64,000 nt of DNA from Ptychomitrium polyphyllum (taxonomy: Eukaryota), in assembly GCA_973851085.1 (NCBI GenBank), contig OZ316776.1:4340001-4404000 (forward strand), in the 5' to 3' direction. The position numbers were made by a program, and so were the translations under genes. Numbering within the stretch: position 1 is the first letter of the stretch; every line of letters begins with the position of its first letter. Under the pieces are notes generated by a model. The model was not told the DNA's origin. It saw only the letters and a list, made by a program, of their open reading frames with translations, and did no database searches. Of this stretch, positions 36,401-49,903 are shown piece after piece.

Positions 36401-39400
36401 CCACAGGTACGCAGGACTTAGCAGGTGAGACATCGCGCTCCGGCTCTCGTTGCAACCCCCGCTACTTCGTACAGCACTGCCCTGGCCACTCGCTGGTTAC
36501 CTCGTCGCTGAGATACACTACCAGCGGCAGCTCTCAGCAGATGGGTAGTTCATCGTCCATGCTTTCTAACCATGATGAAATTGAACGCACCGAACGTGGG
36601 TGGGAGCAATTATTGACCGAACGTGATGGAGAAGCCTTACTCTCAGAAGAACCGGTAGCTGAGCGAACCAATCTGTGAGCCCGGCCTGGAGCTCACGGAC
36701 CTTCACACGGTTGCCCGAAAGAATCGGATTTCCTTTCACAGCACACTAAAGAGACCTAAATCCGCGTTTTCATAGCAGCTCGCACCTCTCACGACTTTCT
36801 GTAGTCAGATCACCACATACCACTTCCAGTGCTGCGCTACACCTGGCAAGGAGGCGGCCATCTCCACTGGCAAAGCAGCACCTCTATTTCCTCGAGATTC
36901 AGGTATCTTCCACACAGCTGTTCCTGTTTCCCCGACTGCCATGACACAGAAAACCACGCAACCATCATCAAGCCAGTGCGGTGCGTGTGCTCTGACCTCG
37001 TAACTCGCAAATCCGCCACCCAGGACCCGAAAGGCGACCAATTTCTCGGTACCCGCTCATCACACATCCCTGGCCCTCCCCTTCCCGGTCAGGCTCGGGC
37101 GGTTAGGGCCATCCTCACGAGCCAGCAACATTAAGCTTTTCACCGACAAACATGAGCAATCACAGTCCTCGACTCTTCAGCAGCGATACCATCTTGTGTG
37201 CCCGCTGTACGGTCAACACAGCTGCGGAGTCCCAAGAAGGCAGGCCAAATTCAAGGGTGGATCACATGGGGTGTCGGAGCGAACGCCAGAGGAGCGCAGC
37301 GCAGGCCGCTGCTCATTCTGATGGCTCGCCCCAGTGATGTTACCTGAGGAGTAAACCGTCGTGAAGAGTGACTTGTCGAACGGGCAGGCTGCGAGGTCCC
37401 ACATCTCATCACGGTGTGTGTACAATCCTCGACGGACCAACGCGGACGAGTTTTCTCCCAGCTCCAGCACATGAACCTGCGTGGTTCCCACAGAGCTGCA
37501 CCTCAGATGGCTCGTCATGAGATGCACCTAAATCGACCAATGCGAAATGCGCGAATGGGACCGGCTGTGACACTCGACCCACCGCGATCTGCGGCCCTTC
37601 GTTCCCTCCAGCATCACCATCGACGAGCTAAGCATTAATCTCTGCAGCCGAGTGGCAAGGAGACTGACCTCATTCTCGTACCGTAAGCTCAGGGTGCCAA
37701 CCAGCCACCGGTTGCTCTCCGTGTCCGCCGTTTGCGCCGAGATGCACCTTGCCTGAACAGAAGCAACACCACACGCGCCTCAGAAGCCACGGCCATCGAA
37801 ACCCCAAATGCAAAAGGACGCGGACGCAGTCGCATTTGTCAGTACGTGAACATTTCGCTCGAAAATCGCAGAGACTTCGAAACCCGCGCCGCACCGATCC
37901 AGGACTGGTTGAGGATCGTTGGCGGCGACACTACGCGATCACCTACACCTCTCGGCTGACCACCGCGGATCACACTGTCGGGAAGGAATCAATGCATCCA
38001 TTTCAACATCGACACCGGCTCGACAGCAGGGCCAAGAGCTATAACTCCACGTCTGGAGCACTCGTGGCTGCGATGCGCGTTGTTTGGGTGCGCGGAACGG
38101 CGTTCCGCACGATCGCCGGACGCGTGCGCGCACTCCCAGTCACACGATCCCGGCGGATGACAGGTTTCCGCGGTTGCGACAACTCGAGCCCAACCAGGCT
38201 CTCCGTTTCCGCAGGCGCTGTAGATCCATGGGACCATCTTGTCCGGCACAACCCAGTTCCCCACTTCACCTGATGCTTAAGGCCGTACGAAATCGCGCTT
38301 GGGTGCGGCGCCTGCATCCTGCCTCGAAGTTGATGCTGCCTCGATCGACGATCACACCCACCAACAACTCCGGCCTCGTCCACAGCCCGAACCGCGGCGC
38401 CCGCTGCCCGCCTCGCTCCGCTCCTCGACAGCACTCAGCCGCGCGTGCAAAATTCGCTCATCGGGTCGCCGAAACCACTTGTGCCAACTCACCACTTGCA
38501 GGCTTCCCCCTCCCTCCCCCCTCCATCCCCTCCCCGAAAGCCGCTCCCCGCGCGACTAGAGACCAGACCTCGCGCAGACCACACGCAAGCGTAAGCGCAC
38601 ACAATCGCCGGTATCTTCTTGGCCCGCAACGTTCCGGCACCAGATGCCACAGCAGCCTACGCCATGGCCGCCGAAGCAGACCGAGAATCACACTCAGTGC
38701 TCCGCTGCTTCGCGATCGGGAACCCCGTCGATACGGAAGCTTCGGCTCTTCGGCCAAAGCATCGGCCGGAATCGCAGCCGAGACTACTCGCCCATGAGCG
38801 ATCACCGTGCCGAGCAACTCGGCTGCGAAGGGCATGAAGGCTGTCGCAACACTGTCCCCGACACCCACGCAGACGCAGACGCGGAGACGCGGACTCTGAC
38901 GCTGACTGCGGCTGAGGCAGTTGGGAGGCTTTCGGAGGGCATTCGCCATCGCGCGATGCGGATTGCCACTCTGGTGCCGTGCAATGGACGCAGCCACGAC
39001 GAGCACTTGCCGTTCTGTGGGATACCATGGCGTTTCGCTCGCTTGCCAAGCGTGCAGCGTGAGTTCGAGGTCGCAGCCACAAGTTCGACTTCGGAGAAAC
39101 CCGACGTCGCTCTGCTTTTCTCTGCTCTCGCGTCTCGTTTCGTCTCGTCTCTGCCATTCTCTCTTGGTTCTCAGCGCTCACTACTTGGTTCTGCACCCAC
39201 GATTGCCACATCCGCGGGGCCCATACTAGGACTGTGCCGACCATTCCCGTCGTCCCAGGGGTCGCTGATCGCTGGGGATCCAGTTCCGTGAGCGACAGGG
39301 GATGCAGCCCGACGACGGGGGGATTCTCTGGTTGCCTGAGACCCTGTGTGTTTGTGGCGTTGCGAGGGCAAGAGGAGCTGCGGAAGCTGAACGTCAATGC

Positions 39401-39658
39401 GTTTGTGTGGGTGATCAAATGTCCCCATCAAATACAGCAAGATGTGTCGACGACGCGACGTCAAGAATAGTGCTCGCTTTATTGAACCAGCAAATGCTCA
39501 TGAGGACGGCTGCAGCAAAGTTACCTTTGCTTGCATCCGATGCAAAGGAGGGAAGAGACCTCTCCAGGAAAACAGTAATTGATCCAAGTCCAATCAAACA
39601 ATGGAGATGATGCAGTACATTATTCTGTACAAATGATGTTTCCGTGGACGATGCTGAC
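33436..39658 (-). repeat. Left arm of a large inverted repeat (minimum extent; probably continues leftward)
   Basis: Position x pairs with 97436-x. ORFs in 33603-39610 have mirror ORFs with the same translation in 57826-63833, apart from one residue. Confidence 0.97.
33967..38317 (-). CDS. DWA2: WD40 protein DWA2/EIPR1(TSSC1)-like, copy 1
   Basis: Spliced product: MQAPHPSAISYGLKHQ|ARCISAQTAD...GTLSLRYENE|VHVLEL...HRDEMWDLAACPFD...|...GAWDPHDVN...WDLRSM|...WDLRKP...GHHHW|AVRVKYNPKFEELIL|SSGTDAVVNLW...|...HEDSVY|GIAWSALDPWVFASVDYDGR|VMVESVPTSTRKKLKGKV*. Canonical splice sites. Confidence 0.9.
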
Positions 39659-40137
39659 AGGGTATATGGTTGGTGGGAGTGAAGATCTCATGACGGAGTT
39701 GTGTATATTACAACTTACTCATTGGGTGCCGTCGCCATTAGGCTTGTTATGGATGTATTGTTAGCTTCATCAAACATTAGGGAACTAGCTTAGAGATGAG
39801 GCAGCTGGTGAGCCTTTTGCATTGAAGAGAAGTGCTCTGAGGAAACAAGCAATTGTCTAGGCCCAGTGTTGACAAGCCTTGGGGTCTTTAAACACTCAAT
39901 ATCACTAGCATAAATTTACATGGGAGAGCTCTTTTGATTCGACTATCTCCGAAATTCTGCAGTGCAGGTTGAGCTCTAGAAATTTCTCGGTTTTAGTCCG
40001 CATAGAACCTGTTGCAGGTTTGGACATTTTGAACCCCACTGCTGTCGTTGTGAAGGTGAAATCTACAAATATGTCAAGTGAAGGCATCATTTGCATTAAA
40101 GGGCAGTCTTGACTTGAAGTAAGTGCTGAAGCCAGCA

Positions 40138-42486
40138 CTAAACTAAGTCAGTTGATTTGTTTTTCTGGAACATCCACTCTGTTTCTGAGAAACGACCGTT
40201 GTCGTGGTGGTCATCGTCAGATCCGTCTTCGTGCTCGCCATACACGTCAATAATCTCAAGTTCATTCTCCTCTTCCAAGCTAAACTTTTCAAACTCAAAA
40301 GCAGAGCCAAGTTGGGCATCAGCAAGGGCTAAAGCATTAGCACGGTCGCGGTCTCGAGGGTAGGTCCAGTACAAGATGGTGTAGAGGAGGCAGCAGATGG
40401 TGAGGGGAATGCCCATGGCCGTGTACAGTGCCTTGGAGAGTGAGAGGGCATTTTCCTTGTCAATCAGAAGCTCCGCGGCCTGGTCCCTCCCCGGTTGAGG
40501 TGCGATGTACCCGTAATATTTTTCTGCAAGGATACCCACCAGAGGTGGAGCAAATGACGCCAGCATGGATTCAAATGAACGATCCAGAGCGTAGATGGTA
40601 GTTCGAGCACTCGCAGGGACAATCTCTGCAAAAATAGGGCTGTTCACACCCACAAACCAGTCAGCCAGCGAAATCTTGTTTCGCAAAGTCGCTGCAAACA
40701 TCATCTGAAGAGGAAAACACGGAAGGTACAATGAACAAGCTACACTTTGACCCGAAAGCTGACTTTGCCCGTACGTGAAGCAGACTGAAAACCTGGTTGA
40801 TGCTTACTTGTTTGTGGCAGCAGCATTCCAAGAGATCATAAAGCCCAATACAAAAAACATAACTCCGTGCAACACAGGTGTGGATGGATCGATGGGCACA
40901 ACAAGCAGAGTGATGCCCGCCAGGGGAACACCAGATGCCGAACTGATCTGCGAGAGCATGATTCGGCCTGCATTGGGCATACGTACGGACAGGATATCAC
41001 CCAATTTCCCACCGAATAAGCCCCCGAAGGAGGTGGCAACCGAGAAGACACCAAGCAGGATCGCCGTAGTCGCGTGCGAAAATCCAGTCAGCTCCAGCCA
41101 CATGGATGCAAACGCCAGTGCAGCCCACGGAAAGTTGCCCGCCACCCCTTGCGCCACAAAAACCTGAAACGTACGAATCTGGCAGACGTGCTTTGCTTCC
41201 ACCAGCATGGCTTTCAGACCATCCCAAAGCCCTTGCCATCCTCCTTTCGCTCTGAAGCATGCAGTAACGATGATCACATGTGAGACGGAGTATAAAGAAG
41301 GAAGAGGAAAATGGGTGTTTTAGGAGTTAGAAACAAACAAGATAGTCGTTGTGACTTACGGAGGTGGAGAGCGTCCCCCAGAAAACCTTGGATCAACTGC
41401 GAAATAACGAACTAGCACTCCAACGACAATGCTGATGACCGCCACCAAGTGGAAAGACACCCGCCATCCGGGGTACCCCAAAACCGTTCCTCCAGCTAGA
41501 ATCACAGACAAAAAGCCTCCTAAAATCGACCCAATGTTGCCTGTCAGCTGGAGCCAGCCGAACGCCATACCTCGCTCGTGTTCCTCTGTTGAATCTGCCA
41601 CCAGAGATTGAATTGCAGGCACCACCATCGCTAATCCAATCCCGTTTAATGCCCGAGAAATTACCATCTGAAAACAACCAGATGTCAAAATATGGCGACT
41701 GCATAGATATATTGATCCTATTCTCAACTCAAGCGGCACCTCCAAGATCAAGGTCCATTCGAGGTTGTCCAAGATTAGCTGAATTAGCAGGAACAGCAGA
41801 TCTGCATATTCTAAAGCAGGTGATGTAATTGCAATCAGTACAAGTGTAGCCGACCTCGAAAAGTCCCCACTACCAGATCTGAGGCGCTATCATGGCACTG
41901 TGAGGTACTAAAGATCCTTACATATTGATCATCAGGCATGTGCCATATCAGGAACATTAAACATGCTATGCCTCAAGACAATCAATGCACAGAAATCTCT
42001 GAACTGCAAGTAATCTATAGCCAAGAATAAAAACAACACTAAACTGAAGGTTCATCGCAGCGACTTCTGTAAACAAGCATCGAGCTGCAACAGCGCTCTC
42101 GACGAGAGCAGTAGACCACTCAGCACGATAACCCGAAATCCTTGAATGATGAAGGGGCGAACCATGCTGACCTGAGTGAATGTCGTCGAAATGCCGACGA
42201 AGAAAGTGGCCACCGCCCAGAGAATTGCCCCCAACGCAATCACATGCGCCCTATTGTGATTCACAGATGCGTACGCGGCCAGCGGCGCAAAAACGGCTTG
42301 CACCAGAGATCTCACCAACGTCAGAGACCCCAGCTTGGCTGGAGAGGCATCCAATGCTAACCCTATTTCTCTGTATACTCCAGGCAGCAAGGCTTCATCT
42401 GCCCGTTCCATAATCCCGGCCAGGTTCACCATTAGCAGAGTACGCCTAGCTTCATCATTCCACCACTCGCGCCCACACGTCCTCAT
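40138..42486 (-). CDS. Major facilitator superfamily transporter (plant spinster-like type), 4 coding exons
   Basis: LMVNLAGIMERADEALLPGVY, SRALNGIGLAMVVPAIQSLVADS, FQVFVAQGVAGNFPW, WNAAATN|NPIFAEIVP, ALDRSFES and YWTYPRDRDRA; multiple transmembrane segments. Confidence 0.92.
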
Positions 42487-45400
42487 GATAGGCGCTCCTC
42501 ACTCACACTTGCTGTCGAAATGGATCAGATAGGATCTTCTAGTTCACCGCACGAGCACTAGGAGCCCTCTAACTCTTAAACCCTGCATCCCACAAAAGGT
42601 TTGCTGCACAGCGTCGCTATCGGGACTAAGCTGTTGCTGCCAGTCAGATAGAATGCCTCAAAGGCATTGACCACTTGACCTGAGTGCGGAAACCACCACA
42701 TCCTGCGAACTCGTTGGTAAATATCAAGCCTCAAGTGACAGAAGTAAGATAATCCAGGCTCGCGGTACCACCACGCATAGACTTCACGAATGAAACATCT
42801 TCATTCACCATGAAGCCAACTGTTTCTTGCGTGCCCTAAATGCTCCGGCTTTCGAAAGCTATCACACAAAAAGCACATCATGTTCAGTCCAGCCCCAAGA
42901 CGACCCTTACTCCGAGATCTATCCACAAACTCTGAATCTACACCATGGTACCAAGTTACTGCTACTGTACTGTACAAGAGAGTCACAGGTTACAACGAAG
43001 AAACATGAGCGAGATGGAAGTGATTAAACGGGATCTGGACACAGTTGCAGGATCCCACGCTCAAATCCCAAAATAGTGAAATAAGCTAGCAGACGCAGTG
43101 CCAGAATCTGAAAGCAAGGCCGAAACAAACGGAGCCACACAAGGGAGGAGCTTTAAGTGGACCGACTAAACCAAGATAGGGAACTTGGAGATTCAGATTG
43201 TACTCGCAAAGGGCCTGCCTAAAAGCGTCGGCGTCGCAGGGGATGGTTGTCGACTGGAACCAGGAGGGCAGGAGATCGCCGCACTTACAGAGTGCGAGTA
43301 AGTGGACAAAAAACCACTTTCGTGGAGCTGGGTCGACACTGGAATGGAATGGCACAAGAGTGAGTCTCGGGAGCAGGCGCAATAGCACACTAACAAGTTT
43401 GGAGAACGCTGCAGGCGTGAGTTCCGATCTAGCAAAGGAGGCGTCTATCTAGAGAGAAATCGGGCGCTCTATTCCAAGGTGGGACAAGTGACGGCGACCC
43501 AGCGCGAGAGCGCGGCCCCGGAAGGGTTCACTTGTTGGTCAAAGGCGGCCACTCATGAGGCTGATTGTTCTGAATAGGTGACACTGGCCTCCCTGCAAGG
43601 ACAGCCCCGGCCCCTTTACCCGCGCAGGCTGCAGCCTCAACCGTGTTCTTTTCCGTCCGGATTAGCATGTTTTATACGTTGCGATGACTCCATGCTCCTT
43701 GAATGCTTTTCTCACATGTGAAATCTAGGGTAATACACTTAGATGATACTTAGGTGCTACTTGAGTTAAAAGAGGGTACAAACCTTGATTCTATGAAGGA
43801 AATGTGGCTTTTGTTCTGCCGCTTCTAACAATATTTCGTATCAGTTGCTCCTCATATTTTTTGTAGCAAGTTAGCTAAAGTTAAAGGGATTAAAAAACAT
43901 CACCAGCGCTCAAGAGCCTACCTTTCTCTTCATATGCACGGGCAATAGTTCGGGACTAAGGTGCATCACGTCATCAATAATTAGCCTTTCGCGAGTAGTC
44001 AAGAATTAGGACCCGCCTACGGAATACACGTGGAATAAATCGTGTATTTCTGCCTTCACACCGCTGCCAACTATCAGTTGAGCAGTGAGCAGGTCAGCAA
44101 GTTCGTTTAGAAGCTCTGCAATGTTCAAACCCGTCTTCTACGTTTGACTCGATGGAGATTCGCAAGATGCAATAGTATGGCTACTGGAGCAGCATAAACT
44201 CAACTAGTCACAATCTCTAAAGCATTCGTTAAGTTCAAGACTCTTCCACGATGGAAAGGGAGCGTGAGCAGTGGGCAGAGTCATCGCGTGGTGCGGCACA
44301 GGCTCCTCTATCACCTCCTGACCAAGAATACAAGAACTTAGTCTCCTTACACTCACATGAACTCGGCATGCATTATCCTCTTGCCTGTATGCCACTAAAT
44401 TCACAACAAATTTGGGGACAAATCGTCCTCCATATTAATCAAACTCATGATCACCAGCCCTGCGCATTTCTCATCGATCACCAAAAAAAACCTCTCGCAA
44501 ATAATTAAGTTCAAAAATATTTTAGAAAAAATCACATCCTCCTTTCCGATCATTAAAAACCTAGAGTGCATAGCAGAAAAATAAACCTAGAAAATGGATG
44601 ATTAAATGACTAAATGAACCATTACTACATTACTATCCACTAGAGATACTTAAACCCATAGCCTCAGCACCGAGAGCACCAATCACGAACGCAACAGAAC
44701 TTAGAAACTAAGTACCGCACTTAAAAACTACATTTTCAGCCTCGAAACCCTTAAACCACTTCACTACGACAAATCAACCACTTCGCTTGGATATATAACC
44801 TTAGTGTACACACTACACAATCCAAAGATATACAATACAGCCTCAGTATCCAAAAATGTATTATATGCTTATCATTTGTACAATCAAAGAAGACAAAATT
44901 TAAATTGGAAGTGATCTTCAAGTTCTAAAACTGTGTCTGATGAGATGAAAGTGTACATGTGTTTACAGAAAATAGCATGGCAAACAAGAAACTGCTTCAG
45001 ATTTCAGTTTTCCCAATAACCCCGCTGGGACTTAAAAGGGTTAATACCCAACTCACAAACGTGAAAAGCTCCTCTCTTGTCCATAACACGGAAAATTACC
45101 ATAAACTTCAGGTGCAAGCTCATGAAGACTACCATGCTGTAACTATAGCTGCTTGAACTATTCGCGCTTTGGCGGTAGCACCACATTCTGACTATTATAC
45201 TGTTCTCCTTCCAATAACATAGAGAAAGTTTTAATAAGTTTTTGATCTCATGTCTGACCCCAAGAATGCTTGAATCACGTTCCTGCACACAATTTTTGTC
45301 TATATATTCGGATGAGGCTGTTATACAAAAATCTGGCAAGCACCTTTCCCAACAAAAGTTGATAACCTCCTTTGCATCATGATGCAAAAGCTTGATATTA

Positions 45401-45940
45401 TTTTATGAGAACGAGTTACATCCGAGGAGCTTCGTACTTGTAAGAAAAAGGAAGAGAGTAAAGATCACTGAGAGAATCGTACGAAGGCGCACAACACCTT
45501 AGGTTGAAACTTCGGTACCTAATCATCGATGAGGTTTATGCATCTTGCTCCTGAACTGAACGGAGGCTGAAAAATGCATCCCTATCAGATTCTCCACCTC
45601 TTCAACTTCTGCATCGTTTTACAAGAGAAAGCAAAAGGGTTGATATCTGCAGGTTACATTTATGGCAAAAATCCTTATAAGCCCATAAGCAATTGATTTT
45701 AGCACAGCATGGCAGGAATAAAAACGTTAAAATAAGAAAACCTTTTTCTGTTAAGAATATCCTGAAACGCGCACGCAGCTATTTAGAACGATTCTTCAAC
45801 TCAATACTGACCTTTTATAGAAGATTTCAAACTTGCACAAACCGGGAGGTAGTGCTTCTCATTGAGTTCAATTTGGGACCATCTGTATCAAAGTTTCAGA
45901 TACTACTCAATACTATCGTAATAAAAGAAGGCTGACCTAA

Positions 45941-47442
45941 TTAATCCGATTCCGAGGATGACGAACGTCCTTTTCGCTTCCGTCTCTTCATAACGAGCTT
46001 TGCAATCTCTAGTTGGTTATCCAACACCAATTGAGTTCGCTTCAGATCAGCTTCCGTCCGTTGTCGCTCCAAGTCCTTATGCATCTCCATTTTGGCTTGC
46101 TCAATCCGTGCTAACACCTCGGCGAAAGCGGTGATGCTGTTGGCCTACAAAGCGAGTGCCGTATGAGCTCAGATATAATATTTTTAACTGCTCTCCTGCA
46201 TTCCTGGCTTGTCGAACATGTTGTTAAACATGTACAACCAACGGCAAAGCACAAAGTGCACATACTCACCAAAAGCACACCGGGATTTGAAAGCGAATTT
46301 TGCACAGGAAGCTCACTCCGAGTATTTTTAGCTCCTGACGTGCCTGGCATATTCAACATGGTATTAACTTCGCTAGCATCTGTCTTGCTGTCTTTCCTGT
46401 TTCCAAAAGCGGTCTGCGGATCTCCTTCCTCTTGCTCACCATCCCCAACGATTGGTGAAACTTCCCGATCTTCAGCTACAGGTGCTGCAGCACGCAATTC
46501 ACTTTCCCCTTCGCACTCCACAGCTGGTTCTGTAAATGCTCCCTTGGATTTTAAATTCGGCTCTTGCGAGGACAGAGGTTCTGAGCCAGATAACGTGTCT
46601 GCACAATCCCGTTGATCTCCAGCAAGACCCTTTGGAGTAAAACCAAGCATAGTATCCAGTCTGTCATAATATGACCACCGGCTGGTACCTGCCAACGCAG
46701 GATTGCCATTTCTATGCGTCTTCTCCATCTACACAAACAGGCATGTAACATATTCCCATCAGACTGTCCACTATTGACAGTTGTATGTGGCAATACAACA
46801 AGTCCCATTAAAGCTCATAAATGCTTCAGGTACATCCAAATCCCAAAACCCAAATGGCTAAAATGGATCTCCGATTTCCAGAACTAAAAAACATGCTACC
46901 AAACATTAAGTTCCCGATCCAGAACTCTGTTTCTTTATTTGATTCCCTGCAGAAAGCTTGAAGACGAGTAAAAAGTCCTTAGATTTAAGAAGCACATTGA
47001 TATTCTACTCTCTTTCAAGCCACCAAGCGAACAAGTCAAACAGTACAAAATAACTCTGGAAGAATGTGGTCAAAGCTGCTACCTTGTACCGTCGCTTTAA
47101 ATTTTCGATCTTCATTTTACATTGTTTACTGGTCTTGGCAGACTTGGTGCCACCTTCACGCGAACTCACGTGATGAGCGACTTCGTGCCAATGCCGCCCT
47201 CGCAAATTTCCCCTCTGCAAGGCAGAATATTTCTCCTCATAAATATCTAAAAGGGAATGCACAGCGCCGTGACTCCACTCATAATACTCTCGCCGGTTTG
47301 CATCAGTTCCAGAAACTGGTCCATTCCTCGGCCTTTTGCTAGGCTTCTTCGCCTGCACAGGCGTTACCTGCAGCTCTGCGTAATGATCAGCGCCAAACGA
47401 CACAGCGTCGACTGTTCCAATATTAGCAAGCGCGTCCTCCAT
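45941..47442 (-). CDS. Trihelix transcription factor (SIP1/ASIL-like, Myb/SANT-like domain plus C-terminal coiled coil), 3 coding exons
   Basis: WSHGAVHSLLDIYEEKY...GNLRGRHWHEVA...KTSKQCKMKIENLKRRYK|ME...RWSYYDRLD. Last exon: ANSITAFAEVLARIEQAKMEMHKDLERQR...KRRKRKGRSSSSESD*. Confidence 0.9.
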
Positions 47443-48180
47443 AGTAGAACAACCAGCCACGAATCCCCGCAACGCCACCCTATTTCAAATCTCCACCAAT
47501 TCCAACACCTCCCTGTAACAATCAGAATGCCATCCTCAATCCCCCAATCATTCTACTACGCTTTCCATACTCTCTGAACCTCCCCCAGAGCTACCACGCC
47601 ACCGCACATGAAAAAAAACCCTAAATGCAAACCACTCTCCCACCGACTTCCTCTCTACCACCAACACGCTCCTGTACTCCAGCTGCTATCGCTGCGAGCT
47701 CTCACACATCAAAATCCGCTTTCCCTGAACAGGCTGCAAGAGCAAACGAGAAATTCGCTGCTCCCAAGGTTGAACCAAAACAACCTGGCAAAACGGCTGA
47801 CACCTCTGCAAAACGTCGGACAATCACGTAGAGGTCACCAACAAGAGAAAGGAAACAGCAGTGCTGAGTTCGAAACCTAACTTGCTGTACGTTGTGAAGA
47901 AAAATATCTGTATAAACACAAGCAATGACGACTCCCAGTCCACATGACACGAAGTACAGCGAAGTGGAGCCTACAGTGCGTTGGTATGAAAGGAGGAGAG
48001 AGATTGTGGACAGCTTTTATGTAACAATCAAGGGGTAGAACAAGTTTGAGCACGAAGGGGCAAGGAAGCCTGAAGAGCAGGCTTTCCAGACACCAAAACC
48101 CGACCACACGACCTCATGTAGAACTCCAAATCAACGATCACTCCATCGCCAAACGGCAAAACCAGCCTTCGCCCCTCCGC

Positions 48181-48245
48181 CTCTCTCTCTGTCTCTCTCT
48201 CTGTCTCTCTCTCTGTCTCTCTCTCGCTCTCTCTCTCGCTCGCTC
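48181..48245. repeat. Interrupted (CT)n/(GA)n microsatellite near the 5' end of the trihelix gene
   Basis: ctctctctctgtctctctctctgtctctctctctgtctctctctcgctctctctctcgctcgctc. Confidence 0.9.
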
Positions 48246-49254
48246 GGGGAGAGACGATGTTCCCGCACTGTTCCCTTAGAGTTCTCGGATAGTTTTCGGC
48301 GAGTTCCCGGAGAGATTAAAGAAAAATGAGCTTTGAAACATGGATAGCATGTAGAATTGCCTGGAAGATCAAAAGAAATTGAATCCTGAGACTCAAATTC
48401 TTGTAGAGCCATCTTAGTAATTACACCACCACTTCTACTACAAGAGTGTTTTTCCAGTGTATATTAAGTGAACCAATGTACAGTGTTATTGCTGTAGTGA
48501 TCTGCTGTAGTGCCCACCGATACAGGCAGATCATTCCTACTCATTTGATCATGACAAAATGGGAACGAAAGAAGGAAAGGAACAGAAAGGAACAGAAAAA
48601 GCAATGTTCTCTTATTGACCAAGTGTTGCAACGAATAACAATCACGTCAGAACCCACAGAAGGGCAACCTCCCCACGAACGGATGGGATTCAACATCGAA
48701 GCCACCACTGCAGCATCATCTTCAAGGGAAACTCTGCAATCTCAAAGCCCTCCAATGCAAGAAGTTTCTGAAACCCATATATATGCTTTCCCTGTAGACC
48801 CCATGTTACACCTCAATTACAGCACTCCTGCAGTAAACTCTGAACACCGTCTACCAAAGCTAATTCTATCACTTAAAGAATTCGATCCCCTAAAGGTAAT
48901 GACTCCATTGTCAACACGTGACCTTGTTCCCCTAAACAGTGCGGGAGAATGGACAGCAAGTCATGGAACTAGACTCATGGCTATATGCATTCACTGCCAC
49001 ACAGTCAAGTCTATCATTTTTTATTGGTAATGTCGCACTTTCCAAGCTGCGGAGGATGCTATTTTGCAGGAGAATGTTGTGTTGGCTAAGAAGTTCTGAA
49101 TCCAGGATCTGAAGGCTTCGCAGAAAGGGGATGCAGTGGACTGAAAGAGCAATGAGCTCAAGAGATGGTGAAGACGTGGATGCTGCAAGGAGCTACGAGA
49201 TTCAATAGACTTGGCGAACCTGATGGCAATGGCGGCGCGTGCAAGAGGAGGATG

Positions 49255-49903
49255 TCAGTCGACGGCGCCGCGGGCGCGCTTGGGGAGCTGGTCGCGGCCA
49301 CTGAAGCGGCGCTGCGCCCAGCGAGTGGTGGGCAGGAGGAGGAGGTAGAAGGCGGTGAAGAGGAAGGGGGTGGAGACGAGCCAGCCGAGTAGGGCGTGGG
49401 CGATGGCGGCCACCAGGTCGCCGGAGGCTCTGCCGGTGAGCGCCTGCCAGAGGGCGTCTTTTGAGAGTGCGAAGGGGCTGGCGCCGACGATACGTTCACC
49501 TCCTCGGAGAAACGGTACCATCAAGCTCATTTGCAATGGAGTGGCAAGGAAGTTGGCCAGCATCATGGTTGGCCCGTTGCATCTCGTGCCCAGGATCGCT
49601 GCTGCGATGCCGCAGAAGACAACCGTGACGCCGCAGATTGGGAAGACGCCGAGAGTTATACCGAGAGCCGCTGAGAGGACCAGCTGCTTCGGTTCTGCGC
49701 CCCTGCGCATGTGCAATATGGGTACAGGTTCAAATACTGGACGTGAGAGGGGAACAGAGGAGGAAGATGAGAGGTTTTGTGGTTTGAAGTGAGAGATTGG
49801 CGGGATAGTACCTCCGAAGAATTACAACGAGAGGTTTGTAAATCTTGGTTCTAGCCCATCGCACGACGCGGTAACTCCGCCACCCGCTACGCTCCCTCTC
49901 CAT
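49255..49903 (-). CDS. DUF2062-like membrane protein, 2 coding exons
   Basis: Exons 49903-49812 and 49702-49255: MERERSGW...KIYKPLVVILRR|GAEPKQLVLSAALGITLGVFPICGVT...NGPTMMLANFLATPLQMSLMVPFLRGGE... Confidence 0.85.

Noticed and set aside
37700..39420. Many long overlapping ORFs of 170-253 aa, and their mirrors at 58000-59700
   Set aside because: Arg/Ala/Pro/Ser-rich translations in several frames are expected in GC-rich DNA with few stop codons. They have no recognisable domains and overlap the DWA2 promoter and first introns.
33436..39658. Repeat arms as a transposon (Pack-MULE, Helitron or LTR)
   Set aside because: No transposase, reverse transcriptase, TG...CA ends, Helitron CTRR hairpin or target-site duplication at the visible junction. 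The content is an intact host gene with its flanks. The outer ends are not visible, so this is not fully excluded.
48446..49030. 194-aa ORF on the + strand
   Set aside because: GTG start, no domain or splice support, and it lies antisense to the probable 3' UTR of the DUF2062 gene.
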